Both the position numbers and the translations under genes were made by a program. A stretch of DNA of 64,000 bases from Bryobacterales bacterium (GTDB taxonomy: Bacteria; Acidobacteriota; Terriglobia; Bryobacterales; UBA6623): NCBI GenBank assembly GCA_963422375.2, contig OY729427.2, positions 1,696,001 through 1,760,000 of the forward strand, read 5' to 3'. Positions 1 through 12,037 of this stretch are shown here, piece by piece. Positions within the stretch are counted from its first letter, which is position 1. Each line of letters opens with the position of its first letter. Below the pieces are notes generated by a model, which saw only the letters and a list, made by a program, of their open reading frames with translations, was not told the origin of the DNA and made no database searches.

Positions 1-215
1 TCCGCGGGTCCTCCCCGCGCACCAGGCCCTCCATCAGGTTGCGCCCCGAGACGCCGTCCTCGTCCAGCACGCGATCACCCGGGTTCCGCAGCTCCGACGC
101 CACGTCACTCAGGGTGCGCGTGCAGCCGCGTCACGCGCCGCAACGCGTCCTGCGAGCTCGCCCGCACCAGTCCGAAACGCGCCAGGATCGCCAGCCAGTG
201 GCTGTCGGACCAGCG
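1..215 (-). pseudogene. IS110-family transposase remnant (frameshifted, runs off window start)
   Basis: Minus-strand SDSHWLAILARFGLVRAS and ASELRN..RVLDEDGVSGRNLMEGLVRG resemble the IS110 N-terminal 'KTD..D..WLA.L...GL...S' region; frames are broken. Confidence 0.55.
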
Positions 216-289
216 GTTCTGAACTTGGCCATCAAGGTGGTGGGTGAACGTTGTTGCGGAGGATGAAGTGAACAAGTTGACCGAGAGGT

Positions 290-2267
290 CGTGGCTATTG
301 AGGCCGCCCCTAGGGAGCGTCGGATGGCTAGCAGAGCTGTGTCGCGACCCCGCGACGGGTCCGCTTGGTGCCGGGCCCGCGACAGGACGCACCCCGGCGG
401 TAGCCGGCCGCCGCGGTCGACCGCTCGCCGGACGCTGCCGGCGCGAAGCTGCGCGGAGGCTAGGCCCCGGCCGGCTGGCACCCTGGCGTCGCGCACCGCC
501 GCCAGCAGAGTCGGCCAGTCCGGGAAGCAGAACCACTGCAGCGCGGCCTGCAGCTGCCGGAACAAGCCGCGGCGCGTGACCAGCTTGCGCCGGCACTGCC
601 GCCACAGCGCGCAGACGCACTGCAGCACGGCATGGAGCGCGAAGGCGAACAGGTTCAGCGCGGCCAGCACGTTGGACAGCGCGGCCTTGCCGTGCCCGAA
701 GTTGCAGCCGTGCCGCGCCAGGCAGTTGAAGCCCTCGTTCTCGATCTTCCAGCGCGCCTGGCCGCCCCGCGCGGTCCGCTCCACGTTGTTCGCGGTGACC
801 GCGAGACTGGTGAAGAAGCTGTTGGTGCAGGTGCGCTTGTCGCCGCGCTCCACCGCGTACTCGATCCAAGTGCCCTGCCGGGCCTCGGGGCCCTTGCACA
901 GGGGCACCGCGTCCGTCCAGCGGAGGCGGTGCCGCTCGGACCGCTTGCCCGGGCCGCCGCGCGCCTGCCGATTCTCCAGCACCTTGTACAAGTGCTTGTG
1001 GGATCCGGGCTTGCATACCCGGACCTGATTACCAACGAACGTCAGCCGAGGATATGCTATACTGGAGGAGGTCGGAAACCTCTGACAGGAAAGGGGATAG
1101 CTGATGAAACGCAATCGCGTGCAATTCCAGAAGGGACTCAGCCCGGGCAAGTTCCTGCAGCGCTACGGCAGCGAGGGGCCATGCGAGCAGGCCGTCTTCA
1201 AGGCCCGCTGGCCGGACGGCTTCCGCTGCCCGGAGTGCGGCTCCCGGCGGCACTGCCGCATCCGCTCCCGCAAGCTCCGGCAGTGCCATGCCTGCCACCG
1301 CCGGACCTCCCTCGTCGCCGGCACGATCTTCGCCGCCACCAAGCTGCCGCTGACCGTCCGGTTCCTGGCGCTCCACCGGCTGACGCAGGGCCAGCACGGC
1401 GTTTCGTCGCTGGAACTGGCGCGGCAGCTGGGGGTCAGCCGGAACACGGCTTGGAAGATGAAGCACAAGCTCTTGCAAGTGATGAAGGAGCGCGACGAGC
1501 GCGTGCCGCCGGGCGGCATCGTGCAGGTGGACGACGCCTACTGGGGCCTGCTGGGGCGGGGAGCGGACCGGCGGCAAGCGCGGGCGCGGCCGACGCCGGC
1601 TGCGAGCACGTGCCGACCGTCACCGGAGGCGGGAAGCGGAGCTGCGCGGATTCCCGCTTCGTCCGGGTCAGCACGATGCTGGCGAACGTCAAGCAGTCCC
1701 TGGCGGGAACCTGCCATGCGCTCGACGGCAAGCACCTGCCGCGCTACCTCGCCGAGTTCCGCTACCGCTTCAACCGCCGCTACGATCTCGAGGCGCTGGT
1801 CCTCCGCCTGCTCCACGCCTCCGTGCGCACCCCGCCCATGCCGTACCGCCTCCTAACCTTGGCTGAGTCTTGTGGGTAATCAGGTACCCGGATGTAGTCC
1901 ATGCCGGCGGCTGCAGCGGCCTCGCAGACCGGCTGGCAGCAGTACAGATCGTCGCCCGGCAGGCCAGCAGCCAGGCGCCGTGAGCGGCGATCCAGCGCCT
2001 GGCTGCGTTGCGCTCGCAGTCCTGCTCGCGCTCGCCCTCGCTCAGGTCGGCGCGGGTCGCGGCCGGGTCCTGCGGCGGGCGCACGAACTCGGGCATCAGC
2101 GGCAGGACGGTGGCGTGGCCGACGGCCACGGTGTGGAAGTACTCCGGCCGGCGCTCGCTGCCGATGTGCCGCACGGAGCACTGCGGGCAACGTACCGTGT
2201 CGGAGCGGTGGAACTGGACGTCGTCCACTTCCACCAGCAGGCGCTCGTCGAGGCGCTGGAAGGGCTC
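290..2267 (-). pseudogene. ISNCY-type transposase, decayed and split by an IS1595 insertion at 1024-1884
   Basis: N-part (1893-2267): DDVQFHRSDTVRCPQCS..VLPLMPEFVRPPQD..QDCERNAARRW. C-part: ARWKIENEGFNCL..NFGHG. Removing the IS plus one TSD restores AGMDYIRVCKPGSHKHLY in frame. Boundaries are approximate. Confidence 0.8.
1024..1884 (+). mobile_element. IS1595-family element, type 1, copy 1 (internally deleted)
   Basis: TIRs CCTGATTACC...GGTAATCAGG; 8-bp TSD TACCCGGA at 1016-1023 and 1885-1892. Transposase MKRNRVQFQKGLS..RWPDGFRCPEC..VQVDDAY..YLAEFRYRFNRR. About 190 bp shorter than the other copies. Confidence 0.93.
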
Positions 2268-2539
2268 GTTGGCTTCAATGCTGGCATCGACATTGATCGC
2301 CTAGCCCGAGCGCTGAGTCGCGAGCAGACCGCTACCGCTCGCCACTGATGCGCGTATTGCAGGCTCTGGCCGAAGTCAGCCGATTCGGCTGTTGTGATCA
2401 GATCCTCGACGCGAGACCTTCCTTCTCGGTCCGCCGTAAAGGGAAGCGTAGGCCCTGCCAGCAGGCGTTGGGGGGAGCGGCGAGCGAATGGAACCGCTTC
2501 ATCGTCCGAGCGTCCGGGTCTGCTACGGTATCGATTCCC

Positions 2540-3661
2540 ATGCGGATCTTGGTCCCCAATCTCGGGTCGACGTCGCTGAAATTCAAGCTTCTCGCGTTCC
2601 CGGACGAGCGCGAGCTGGCCTCCGGCCGCATGGAGCGGATCGGGCGCCCGGGCGGCGACGCGGCCAGCTATCCCGAAGCGATCCGACAGGTCCTCCACGC
2701 GGTGGGCGAGGTCGAGGCTGTCGGCTTCAAGGCGGTGCATGCCGGCCCGCGCTATCGCGGGACGCACTTGGTGGACGACGGCCTGCTGGCGGCCTTGGAA
2801 GAGTACGAACCCGTCGCTCCGCTGCATAACCGGATCTACTTGGACGGGATCCGGGGATTCCGCTCGCAGCGCCCCGGCCTCCCGCTTGTCGCGGTCATGG
2901 AAACGGCGTTTCACCGCACGATACCCGCCTGGGCCAGCGCCTACGGTCTGCCCGCGGAATGGCGCCGTGACTACGGGGTCCGCCGCTACGGCTTTCACGG
3001 AGCATCGCACCGCTCCGTCGGGGAGCGCCTGCCGCGCCTCCTGCAGGCGCGAACCTCGGGCCTTAAGTCGATATCCTGCCATCTCGGCGGCAGCTCGTCG
3101 GTGTGCGCGATCCGTGACGGTCGCTCGTGCGATGTGTCGATGGGCTTCTCCCCGCAGACCGGGGTCGAGAACGCGACCCGCCACGGTGACTTGGATCCCT
3201 TCGCGGTGCTCTTCCTGATGGACCGCCTTGGCGTCGGCGCATCGGAGATGCGACGGCGCTTGGTCAATGACGGCGGGCTCGCGGGACTGTCCGGAATTCC
3301 TGGAGGCGATGTCCGCGATATCGAAGCGGCCGCGGCGGACGGCTCGGAGGCCGCCGAACTGGCGCTGGCGGTGTTCGCCTACCAAGTGAGGAAGGCGGTC
3401 GGAGCGTTCTCAGCGGCCATGGGAGGCCTCGACGCGCTCGCCTTCACGGGCGGCATTGGCGAAAACTCGCCCTCCATGCGCGAGCGCATCTGCGCCGGTC
3501 TCGAGTTTCTCGGGATCGAGCTGGACCGGGCTAGGAACGTCTCGGCCGTGCCGGACTGCGGCATCGGACGCGCGGGCAGCCGCGTCGCCTGCTTGGTTCT
3601 GGCCGCCAGGGAAGAGCTGGGAGTCGGGCGATCCGTCTTTCGTCTCTTGCGCACAGTCTAG
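2540..3661 (+). CDS. ackA: acetate/propionate kinase
   Basis: ILVPNLGSTSLK, APLHN, ETAFH, RRYGFHGASH, CHLGGSSS, FTGGIGENS motifs. Confidence 0.92.
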   Translation: MRILVPNLGSTSLKFKLLAFPDERELASGRMERIGRPGGDAASYPEAIRQVLHAVGEVEAVGFKAVHAGPRYRGTHLVDDGLLAALEEYEPVAPLHNRIYLDGIRGFRSQRPGLPLVAVMETAFHRTIPAWASAYGLPAEWRRDYGVRRYGFHGASHRSVGERLPRLLQARTSGLKSISCHLGGSSSVCAIRDGRSCDVSMGFSPQTGVENATRHGDLDPFAVLFLMDRLGVGASEMRRRLVNDGGLAGLSGIPGGDVRDIEAAAADGSEAAELALAVFAYQVRKAVGAFSAAMGGLDALAFTGGIGENSPSMRERICAGLEFLGIELDRARNVSAVPDCGIGRAGSRVACLVLAAREELGVGRSVFRLLRTV

Positions 3662-3696
3662 CCCGGCCTCCCCTAGCGCGAGGCACCGCCTGTCCA

Positions 3697-5364
3697 TCAG
3701 GGCAGCCAGAGGACGCCCTTTGCCAGCGCGATCAGGGCGACGACCACGAGCGCCGCCAGCGCGAGGCCGTTGAAGTCCACGCGGAAGCGCCGGTAGACGG
3801 CGGCGAGCCCCCTCTCGAGACCTAGGTCGAACAGATGCACGAACAGCAGGGCGATGCCCGGCTTGTCGTCGTCAGCTTCCCGCCCGGTCTTGGCGTCCCA
3901 GCGCGACGCGCGGTCTAGGCGCTGGTAGAACGGTGCCAGCCGCCCCTCGGACTCGGGCGGCGTGGCGAGGCTGATCAGCGCGAGGGCCGCGAAACCGGTA
4001 ACCAGCGCGATGGCGAAATTGGCCGCCTCCCACTGGAGCAATACGCCGTATTCCCGATGCGTGAGGGTGAAGAATACCGTCGAGGAGACCGCGAGGCTGG
4101 CTAGAGCCCCCCAACGGTTCGCTCGCTTCCACGAGATCGCGCCGAACATGCTGATGCCCATGAAGGCCGCGATCGTCTCCGTGAATAGGAACGCCTGCAG
4201 GACGCTGCCGACGTAAAGGCCGAACACAACCCCCAGCAGCGTCATCGCCACGCCGGCGAAGCGGCCCGCCCACAGGTAGTGCCGGTCGCTGCGGCCCTTG
4301 GCGATGTACCGGTTGTAGAAGTTCTGCGTGAATAGCGCGGCGCTGTCGACCATGAAGGCGGAGCCGGTCGACATGTTGGCCGCGAGCACGCAGGCGATCA
4401 TCAGCCCCAGGCCGCCCGGGAAGAGCAGCTCCCGTGTCGCGTACCCGAACGCGTCCTCCGGATCCGCGAAGGCTGCTTCGCCTCTCTGGATGACCAGCGT
4501 GGCCACGATCACCCCGACCAAGGCCCAGCCGATCGTGCAAAACCGCTTGATGAAGTTGCCGTAGGCCATGCCGATCCGGCACGAGCGCTCGTCCCGCCCC
4601 GTCCCGACGCTGGCGAGGATGTGCGGCTGGGCCACGATGCCGACCAGCCCGTTCAGCGTCAGCATGAGGATGGTGAACACCCCCACGTCGCCCGGCGTGA
4701 CCATCGACAGCATTCCCGGCTCGAGGGTCTCGCGAATCCCGGTGAAGCCGCCGGTCTCGCGCAGTCCCAGCGGGATCAGCAGGAAGCTCAGAACGACGAT
4801 GAACAGGCTCTGAGCGAAGTCGGTATAGGCCGCGGCCACGAGCCCGCCCACGAAGCTGTAGAGCAGGAAGGTCGCGGTCATGGCGAGCACCACGGCGTTG
4901 GCGGACACGACCTCCCCGGAGGCGACGCTCACGAGCTTGCCCGCCCCCTTGAGCATCGCGCCCATGTTGAACGTGAAGTAAGCGAGGGCGAACACCGTGT
5001 AGACAGCGCTCATCCATTCGCCGTAGCGGTCACGGTAGACTTCGCCGGTGGTGGTGCGGCGGAAGCGGCGGAAGAGAGGGGCGAGGATCCAGTAGAAGGG
5101 GGTGATGAAAAGGTTCTTCCACTGGTACCAGATGCCCGAGTAGCCGGACTGGTAAATCTTGCCGGCCAGCGACACGGGCATCTCGGCGTGCGTGCCCACG
5201 CCGAGGGCCTGCCCGATGACGAGCCAGACATTGAAGCTGCGGTTGCCGAGAAAGTAGTCGGCCGTTTTCCGGACCTTGCGGGAGGCCGCCAGTCCGATCG
5301 CGACCATTGCCGCGAAGTACAGCGCGATGACAATCCAGTCGATGGCTTGGAGGCTTGCCGCCAT
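3697..5364 (-). CDS. sodium:solute symporter (SSS family)
   Basis: 555 aa with many TM helices; DYFLGNR, YSFVGGLVAAAYTD, LAANMST motifs. Confidence 0.9.
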   Translation of the reverse strand: MAASLQAIDWIVIALYFAAMVAIGLAASRKVRKTADYFLGNRSFNVWLVIGQALGVGTHAEMPVSLAGKIYQSGYSGIWYQWKNLFITPFYWILAPLFRRFRRTTTGEVYRDRYGEWMSAVYTVFALAYFTFNMGAMLKGAGKLVSVASGEVVSANAVVLAMTATFLLYSFVGGLVAAAYTDFAQSLFIVVLSFLLIPLGLRETGGFTGIRETLEPGMLSMVTPGDVGVFTILMLTLNGLVGIVAQPHILASVGTGRDERSCRIGMAYGNFIKRFCTIGWALVGVIVATLVIQRGEAAFADPEDAFGYATRELLFPGGLGLMIACVLAANMSTGSAFMVDSAALFTQNFYNRYIAKGRSDRHYLWAGRFAGVAMTLLGVVFGLYVGSVLQAFLFTETIAAFMGISMFGAISWKRANRWGALASLAVSSTVFFTLTHREYGVLLQWEAANFAIALVTGFAALALISLATPPESEGRLAPFYQRLDRASRWDAKTGREADDDKPGIALLFVHLFDLGLERGLAAVYRRFRVDFNGLALAALVVVALIALAKGVLWLP

Positions 5365-5442
5365 TGCGCGAAGCGCCGATTATACGGGCTAGCGCTCGAT
5401 TGCGCCTTCGCCCGACCCGCCAGCCGCCCCTGAAGGGGGGGA

Positions 5443-5520
5443 TGGCGTCCCCAGCGGGATTCGAACCCACGTTGTCGCCGTGAAAGGGCGGTGTCCTAGG
5501 CCTGACTAGACGATGGGGAC
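5443..5520 (-). tRNA. tRNA-Glu (TTC)
   Basis: Reverse complement GTCCCCATCGTCTAG..CCGCCCTTTCACGGCG..GGTTCGAATCCC..GGGGACGCCA folds as a cloverleaf with encoded CCA. Confidence 0.96.
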
Positions 5521-5619
5521 GTTCGGCCGGAAGGCATGCAGGCTGCCCTGTCGCGATCATAGCACGTGCGGGCCGGGTCGCGGCCCGCACGGCGAGATCC
5601 CAAGGTGCTGCCGACCCGG

Positions 5620-7080
5620 CTAGCGCAGGGCGACTTCGGTCTCTTCGGCGCTGATCGGCTGCACCGCGATCAGCTCGCCGTCGCGAAGGCCCGAAAGGAC
5701 GATCGCCTCGGTGTCGCCGAGGGCCCCGAGCTCGACCTCGCGCTGGACGAATCCATCTCCCGACTGCACCCATACCACCGGGGTGCCGTCCAGCGCCTGC
5801 ACGGCCGCCCGGGGGATCACCAAGGCGTCCTCTTGACGGGCGATGATGATATCGGCCGAGGCCGAAAGGTCCGGCTTGACCCGCTCGTCGGTGTCGAGGA
5901 TCTCGATCTCGACCGGGACTTGCCGGAGCCACTCGCCGCGCGACCCCCGGGACCCGGGCGGGCCCCTGCGTCCGCCGCCGCCGCCGCCTCCCGACACCGC
6001 CATCGCGCCGACCGAGGCCACCCTGCCATCGAATGCGACGTTCGGATAGGCGTCGAGTCGGACCTTGACGGGCGCGCCCAGCCGCACCAGCTGGCTGTCC
6101 GCTTGGTTGACATTGCAGTAGACCGCCATCTTGGACAGGTCCACCACGCGCATGAATTGCGCGCCGCCGTAGACCTGGTCCCCTGCGGCGGCCTGCTGGA
6201 AGCCGCCGCGACTGTACATCGTCTCGATCACGACCAAGCCGCCGACCGGCGTCCGGAGCTTCATCTTGTCCAAGTCCGTCTTGGTGCGATCCATGCGCTT
6301 CCAATCCTGCTCCACGGTGAGGTCGAGGCTGCGGATCTCGGCTACGTTGGCCTCTTCCTGCAACCGAACCTCGTTCTCGAGCTGGCCCGACGAAGCGCGG
6401 CCCTCCTGCGCTAGCAGGTCGAAGATCTCGGCTTGGATCGCCGACCGCACCTGGGCGGTCTGGAGGTCGAGTTCGGCCTTCTCGGCCTCGGCCTTGGTGG
6501 TCCGGTAGTCCTGGCGCAGTGTCTCGGTGGCGATCAGGATCTCGGCCTTGCGCGTCCCGGCCTGTGCCTTGGTCTGAGCGAGCATCGACTCGTAGTTGTC
6601 TAGCTGGTCCTGCGTGGACTTGGACTCGAATTCCGCCACCACTGCTCCGGCTTGGACGATGCTGCCGGGTTCCGCCATTGTCTGGATTGTCAGCGAGGAC
6701 CCGCCCCCTCTGTCCCGGCCGCCCCGCATCCTAGGGGCCCGGATCATCGCGAAGCTGGTCGCGCCGACCGTGCCGCCGACCCGGATCGAATGCGTGAACT
6801 CGCCCTTTGCGGCCGCCACGGTCTGGATGGTGACGGGACCGGTGCCGGCCAGTTGCGCCACGTCCCGGCGCAGAGCCTGGAAGACGCCGACGCCGACAAG
6901 GAGCCCAAGGACGACAGCCGCGCCGGTTGCCCACCTTGGGAGCCCTCGCTGCGGCTCGCCCGGATCCGGAACTGGCTCCGGACTAGGACGCGGCGGTCGA
7001 TTCGGCCCGGGCAGAGGCCGGGCGGTCGCGAAAAAGGCTGGTCGCAGCGGCGGGCCGGAAGCCTGTGCAGGTCCTGACAT
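5620..7080 (-). CDS. efflux RND/ABC transporter periplasmic adaptor subunit (HlyD/MacA-like)
   Basis: N-terminal TM, coiled coil, LRTPVGGLVV, VRLDAYPN..FDGRV, DALVIPRAAV, SGLRDGE. Start is uncertain. Confidence 0.85.
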   Translation of the reverse strand: MSGPAQASGPPLRPAFFATARPLPGPNRPPRPSPEPVPDPGEPQRGLPRWATGAAVVLGLLVGVGVFQALRRDVAQLAGTGPVTIQTVAAAKGEFTHSIRVGGTVGATSFAMIRAPRMRGGRDRGGGSSLTIQTMAEPGSIVQAGAVVAEFESKSTQDQLDNYESMLAQTKAQAGTRKAEILIATETLRQDYRTTKAEAEKAELDLQTAQVRSAIQAEIFDLLAQEGRASSGQLENEVRLQEEANVAEIRSLDLTVEQDWKRMDRTKTDLDKMKLRTPVGGLVVIETMYSRGGFQQAAAGDQVYGGAQFMRVVDLSKMAVYCNVNQADSQLVRLGAPVKVRLDAYPNVAFDGRVASVGAMAVSGGGGGGGRRGPPGSRGSRGEWLRQVPVEIEILDTDERVKPDLSASADIIIARQEDALVIPRAAVQALDGTPVVWVQSGDGFVQREVELGALGDTEAIVLSGLRDGELIAVQPISAEETEVALR

Positions 7081-7400
7081 GATTTCTAGCGGGCCGGAAA
7101 GGCCCTTCTCCAATCATCTATGGCGAACTCGGGGTGCCTTGGGTTATTCCGGGCGGCCTCGGAGCGCGGCGATTGCCGCGAAGGATGCTCGCTTTGGCCC
7201 GAATCGGCCGGTGGCGCGGGCGCATCCCGTTCCCTGCGGGCACATCGGCACGCGGCAGGCTATGCCGGGGGCTGGCCGCTGCCTTGGAGTGACGCCTGGG
7301 CGGCAAGAGCGAGCGAACCTCACCGCCACCCGCAAGGGACCCTCGTCGCCCGGCCGACTCGCCTCGGCCCTATACTTGAGAGAGAGGCTACTTGCAAGGC

Positions 7401-7865
7401 ATGGCAGTCAAACCCATTCCGGACGGTTACGGATCGATCACGCCGTACCTGATCGTCGGAGACGGCGCGGCGGCGCTGGACTTCTACAAGCGGGCCTTCG
7501 GAGCCGTCGAGCGCATGCGGATCGACTGGCCCGGCGGCGCGATCGGCCATGCCGAGATCGTGTTCGGCGACTCCGTGGTCATGCTGGCGAGTGAGTTCCC
7601 GGAAATGGACGCGGTCTCGCCGAAGACGGTGGGCGGGACACCGGTCAGCTTGCTGCTCTACACCGAGGACGTCGACGCGATGTTCGCCCGGGCCGTCGAG
7701 GCAGGCGCGAGGGAGATTCGTGCCGTGAAGAACCAGTTCTACGGGGACCGCACGGGGACGCTGGAGGATCCGTTCGGCCATCGCTGGACGATCGCCACGC
7801 ACGTTGAGGACGTCTCCGCCGAAGAGCTGGCCAAGCGCAGCGAGGCGATGTTCTCCGGCGCGTAG
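7401..7865 (+). CDS. VOC/glyoxalase family protein (PhnB-like)
   Basis: PIPDGYGSITPYL..AALDFYKRAFGA..QFYGDRTGTLEDPFGHRW. Confidence 0.9.
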   Translation: MAVKPIPDGYGSITPYLIVGDGAAALDFYKRAFGAVERMRIDWPGGAIGHAEIVFGDSVVMLASEFPEMDAVSPKTVGGTPVSLLLYTEDVDAMFARAVEAGAREIRAVKNQFYGDRTGTLEDPFGHRWTIATHVEDVSAEELAKRSEAMFSGA

Positions 7866-7969
7866 CGCGACGCCCCGTGTCCCGTCGCCCCGAGTGGCAG
7901 GCGCCGGTCCGGGGGCGGTCCGGCGGGGTACCGGAAACCACTGCGCATACGCATTTTTTGGGCGCAGAT

Positions 7970-7999
7970 ATTGCGTTTACGCAATGTATGCCCGATACT
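7970..7999 (+). promoter_or_regulatory. putative sigma70 promoter for the rpoD-like gene, with an overlapping palindrome
   Basis: TTGCGT (7971-7976), 17-bp spacer, GATACT (7994-7999); dyad ATTGCG-ttta-CGCAAT at 7970-7985. Confidence 0.5.
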
Positions 8000-8228
8000 T
8001 AGGGCGAGGCGCGACACTCGGGCGGGCGGGGGCGCGCCCCAGGCCGGGACTTTGAAGCGGATCCGAAGGCCCCTTCGACATCAGGGCAAGCAAGTAACGA
8101 TTCATCCGCGTGGCAGTTCCGGTCCACCGCTAGTAGAGAGGAAGGACGAGCCGAGTTCCGGCGGCCCGAGACCGCTCGGCGCGCGGACGGCTCCGTCGGC
8201 AGAGAGGACTTGAGCGAGAGGTGGCGCA

Positions 8229-9845
<1,617 letters not shown>

Positions 9846-9933
9846 CGAGGTGCGCCAGCTAGGACGCTAGCGACCGCGGGGCGGCTGAGGAACGGTAGCG
9901 CGACGCAAGCGCCGATACGCGGTCCCGTGTCCT

Positions 9934-10052
9934 GCGACCGCAGAGATCGCTTGGCTGCGGCGACTGACCGCACCAGAGTCCGACAGATCGAAGCCAAGGG
10001 CATGCGAATGCTCCGCGACTCGCGTCGCATCCGGTGCTCGCGGTCCCAGCTG
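9934..10052 (+). pseudogene. vestigial sigma-70 region 4.2 fragment
   Basis: RVRQIEAKGMRMLRDSRRIR aligns to rpo[21 protein letters not shown]; upstream TAEIAWLRRLT lies in a shifted frame. Confidence 0.6.
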
Positions 10053-10106
10053 GATCTGGAGCCGTATCCGGCGGCCGTGCGTTTCCTGTACGGCCCGGAC
10101 GCCCGT

Positions 10107-11432
10107 CTAGGCCCCGATGCGGTAGAGATGTCCGGCCGTGCGGATGATCAGGCTTCCGCGGGCGATGGCAGGCGTCGCCATGCAAAGCTCGCCGAGCGAG
10201 TTCTTGCGGACCAGCCGATACTCGCTGCCGTGCTCGATGACGAAGCAGTCGCCGTCCTCGCTGAGGCAGAACACCCTGTCGTTGTAGGCCCACGGGGACG
10301 CGCTGAAGGCGTTCGCACCCGCCTCGAAGCGCTGCTTGCCGTAGATTTCATTGCCGCTGACGGCGTCGTGGCAGGTTAGGAATCCCCGGTCGTAGAGGGT
10401 GTAGTAGAGGCCCTTGTACAGCAGCGGGGAGGGGTTGTAGGGGGCGGCCTGCGGCTGGAACCAGGCGATGAAGTCGTTGCCCGTCTCGCCCTCCTTCAGG
10501 CTGATGTCGCCGCGGGCGCCCGGGCGCAGCGCGAAGACCGGTCGCTTCTGGTCCCCCACGTAGCCCGAGGCGATGTAGAGCAGGCCGTGACCGGAAAACG
10601 GGACGGGGATCACGATCGAAGACATGCCTCCCAGTTCCCAGAGCAGCTTGCCGTCCAGGTCGTAGGAGCGCACGCGGTCGGTTCCGGTGGTGACGATCTC
10701 CGTGCGCAGGCTGTTTTCCCAGACGTACGGCGTCGACCAGTTGCTGCCCTCGTCCCGCTCGACCTCCCAGATCGTCTTGCCGCTGAGCTTGTCGAGGCAG
10801 CTCAGCGTGGACCGCTCCTCGTTGTCGTTCACGAGGTACAGCCGTCCTTCGTGCAGGACGGGTGACGCCGCAGTGCCCCAGTCGTGGCGGACCCGGTACG
10901 GTCTCCAGTCGCGCTTCCACAGGATCTTGCCCTCGGTGTCGAGGCACCAGGTCGCTAGGTAGCCGAAGTGCGCGTAGACGCGCTCGCCGTCCGTGACCGG
11001 AGTCTCGGACGCGTAGGAGTTCTTCAAGTGGCGCGGCGCGGGCGGCACGGCGCGGTGCAGCCGCGTCTCCCACGCGATCTCGCCCGTTTCGAATTCGATT
11101 CCGAAGGCGCTCCAGTTGTGTGGATCCTGCGGAATGTCCGGTCGGTTGCCGCCGAAGTAGAGGCCTTTCTTGACCTCTTCCACCGCGCCCTCGCTGGCGA
11201 CGCTCGCGAGAAATACCCGCTCGTCCCAGACGACCGGCGAGGACCACGCCATGCCGGGCACCGGCGTCTTCCAGCGCACGTTCTCCGTGGCGCTCCAAGC
11301 CTCGGGCAGGCGGGGATCGTCTCCCGAGATGCCGAGGGAGCCGTAGCCCCGGAACTGCGGCCAGCGCTCGGGAGAGGCGGCCGCCAGCGGGCCGGCCGCG
11401 AGCGCGGAGAGGAACTGGCGCCTCGATGTCAC
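10107..11432 (-). CDS. PQQ-binding-like beta-propeller protein (BamB-like) with Tat-like signal
   Basis: SRRQFL leader; WPQFRG, NVRWKTPVPG..SSPVV, SASP, MATPAI repeats; GTG start overlaps the nadD stop. Confidence 0.85.
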   Translation of the reverse strand: MTSRRQFLSALAAGPLAAASPERWPQFRGYGSLGISGDDPRLPEAWSATENVRWKTPVPGMAWSSPVVWDERVFLASVASEGAVEEVKKGLYFGGNRPDIPQDPHNWSAFGIEFETGEIAWETRLHRAVPPAPRHLKNSYASETPVTDGERVYAHFGYLATWCLDTEGKILWKRDWRPYRVRHDWGTAASPVLHEGRLYLVNDNEERSTLSCLDKLSGKTIWEVERDEGSNWSTPYVWENSLRTEIVTTGTDRVRSYDLDGKLLWELGGMSSIVIPVPFSGHGLLYIASGYVGDQKRPVFALRPGARGDISLKEGETGNDFIAWFQPQAAPYNPSPLLYKGLYYTLYDRGFLTCHDAVSGNEIYGKQRFEAGANAFSASPWAYNDRVFCLSEDGDCFVIEHGSEYRLVRKNSLGELCMATPAIARGSLIIRTAGHLYRIGA

Positions 11433-12037
11433 GGCCCCATTGTATTCGGTTCGGGCCGGTACAGTGCGTGCTGCCAGATGTAGGCGCACACGTCGGGCGG
11501 CGCAAGGTCCGCGAGCGTGCCGCCGATCTTGGCGCGGTGCCGCACCGCGCTCGACGAGGCCGGATGGGCGCATTCGACGGAGCGCGCCGCTCGGGCGGTC
11601 GGCGGGGAAGGGGAATTGGCGTCCGGCCACGGGCGTCCGACGACCAGGAACTCCACGAGGGAGGCGACCCGCTCCGCGTCGCGCCAAGTCCCGATCTCGG
11701 AGAAGGCGTCCGCTCCGACGATGAATCGCAGGGGCTCCTCGAAGCGCAGCGTGGCGAGGGCGCGCTCGACGGTGTCCACCGAGTAGTTCGGCGCGCCCCC
11801 CTCTCGCGGCTCGTCGAGTCCGCTCGCAATGAGACGCGAATCCTCCTTGCAGGCGAGTTCGACCATCCGCAGGCGGTGCCTGTACGGCGCCCGGCAAGCC
11901 GAGCGCTTGTGCGGCGGCACGCCGCAGGGCGCCACCAGCACCCGGTCCAGCGAGTGCGCGTCTGCGGCCGCCAGCGCGGCTTCGACATGGCCGAGGTGGA
12001 TCGGATCGAACGTGCCTCCGAACAGCGCCAGCCTCAT
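11429..12037 (-). CDS. nadD: nicotinate-nucleotide adenylyltransferase
   Basis: [31 protein letters not shown]; coupled to obgE. Confidence 0.93.
   Translation of the reverse strand: MRLALFGGTFDPIHLGHVEAALAAADAHSLDRVLVAPCGVPPHKRSACRAPYRHRLRMVELACKEDSRLIASGLDEPREGGAPNYSVDTVERALATLRFEEPLRFIVGADAFSEIGTWRDAERVASLVEFLVVGRPWPDANSPSPPTARAARSVECAHPASSSAVRHRAKIGGTLADLAPPDVCAYIWQHALYRPEPNTMGP

Noticed and set aside
5443..5520. tRNA-Glu or tRNA-Leu as an island integration site
   Set aside because: No duplicated tRNA 3' end and no integrase were seen in the window.
7971..8228. In-frame ORF upstream of rpoD as a lost region 1.1 or read-through extension
   Set aside because: It is in the same frame but separated by TGA, and the peptide does not resemble region 1.1.
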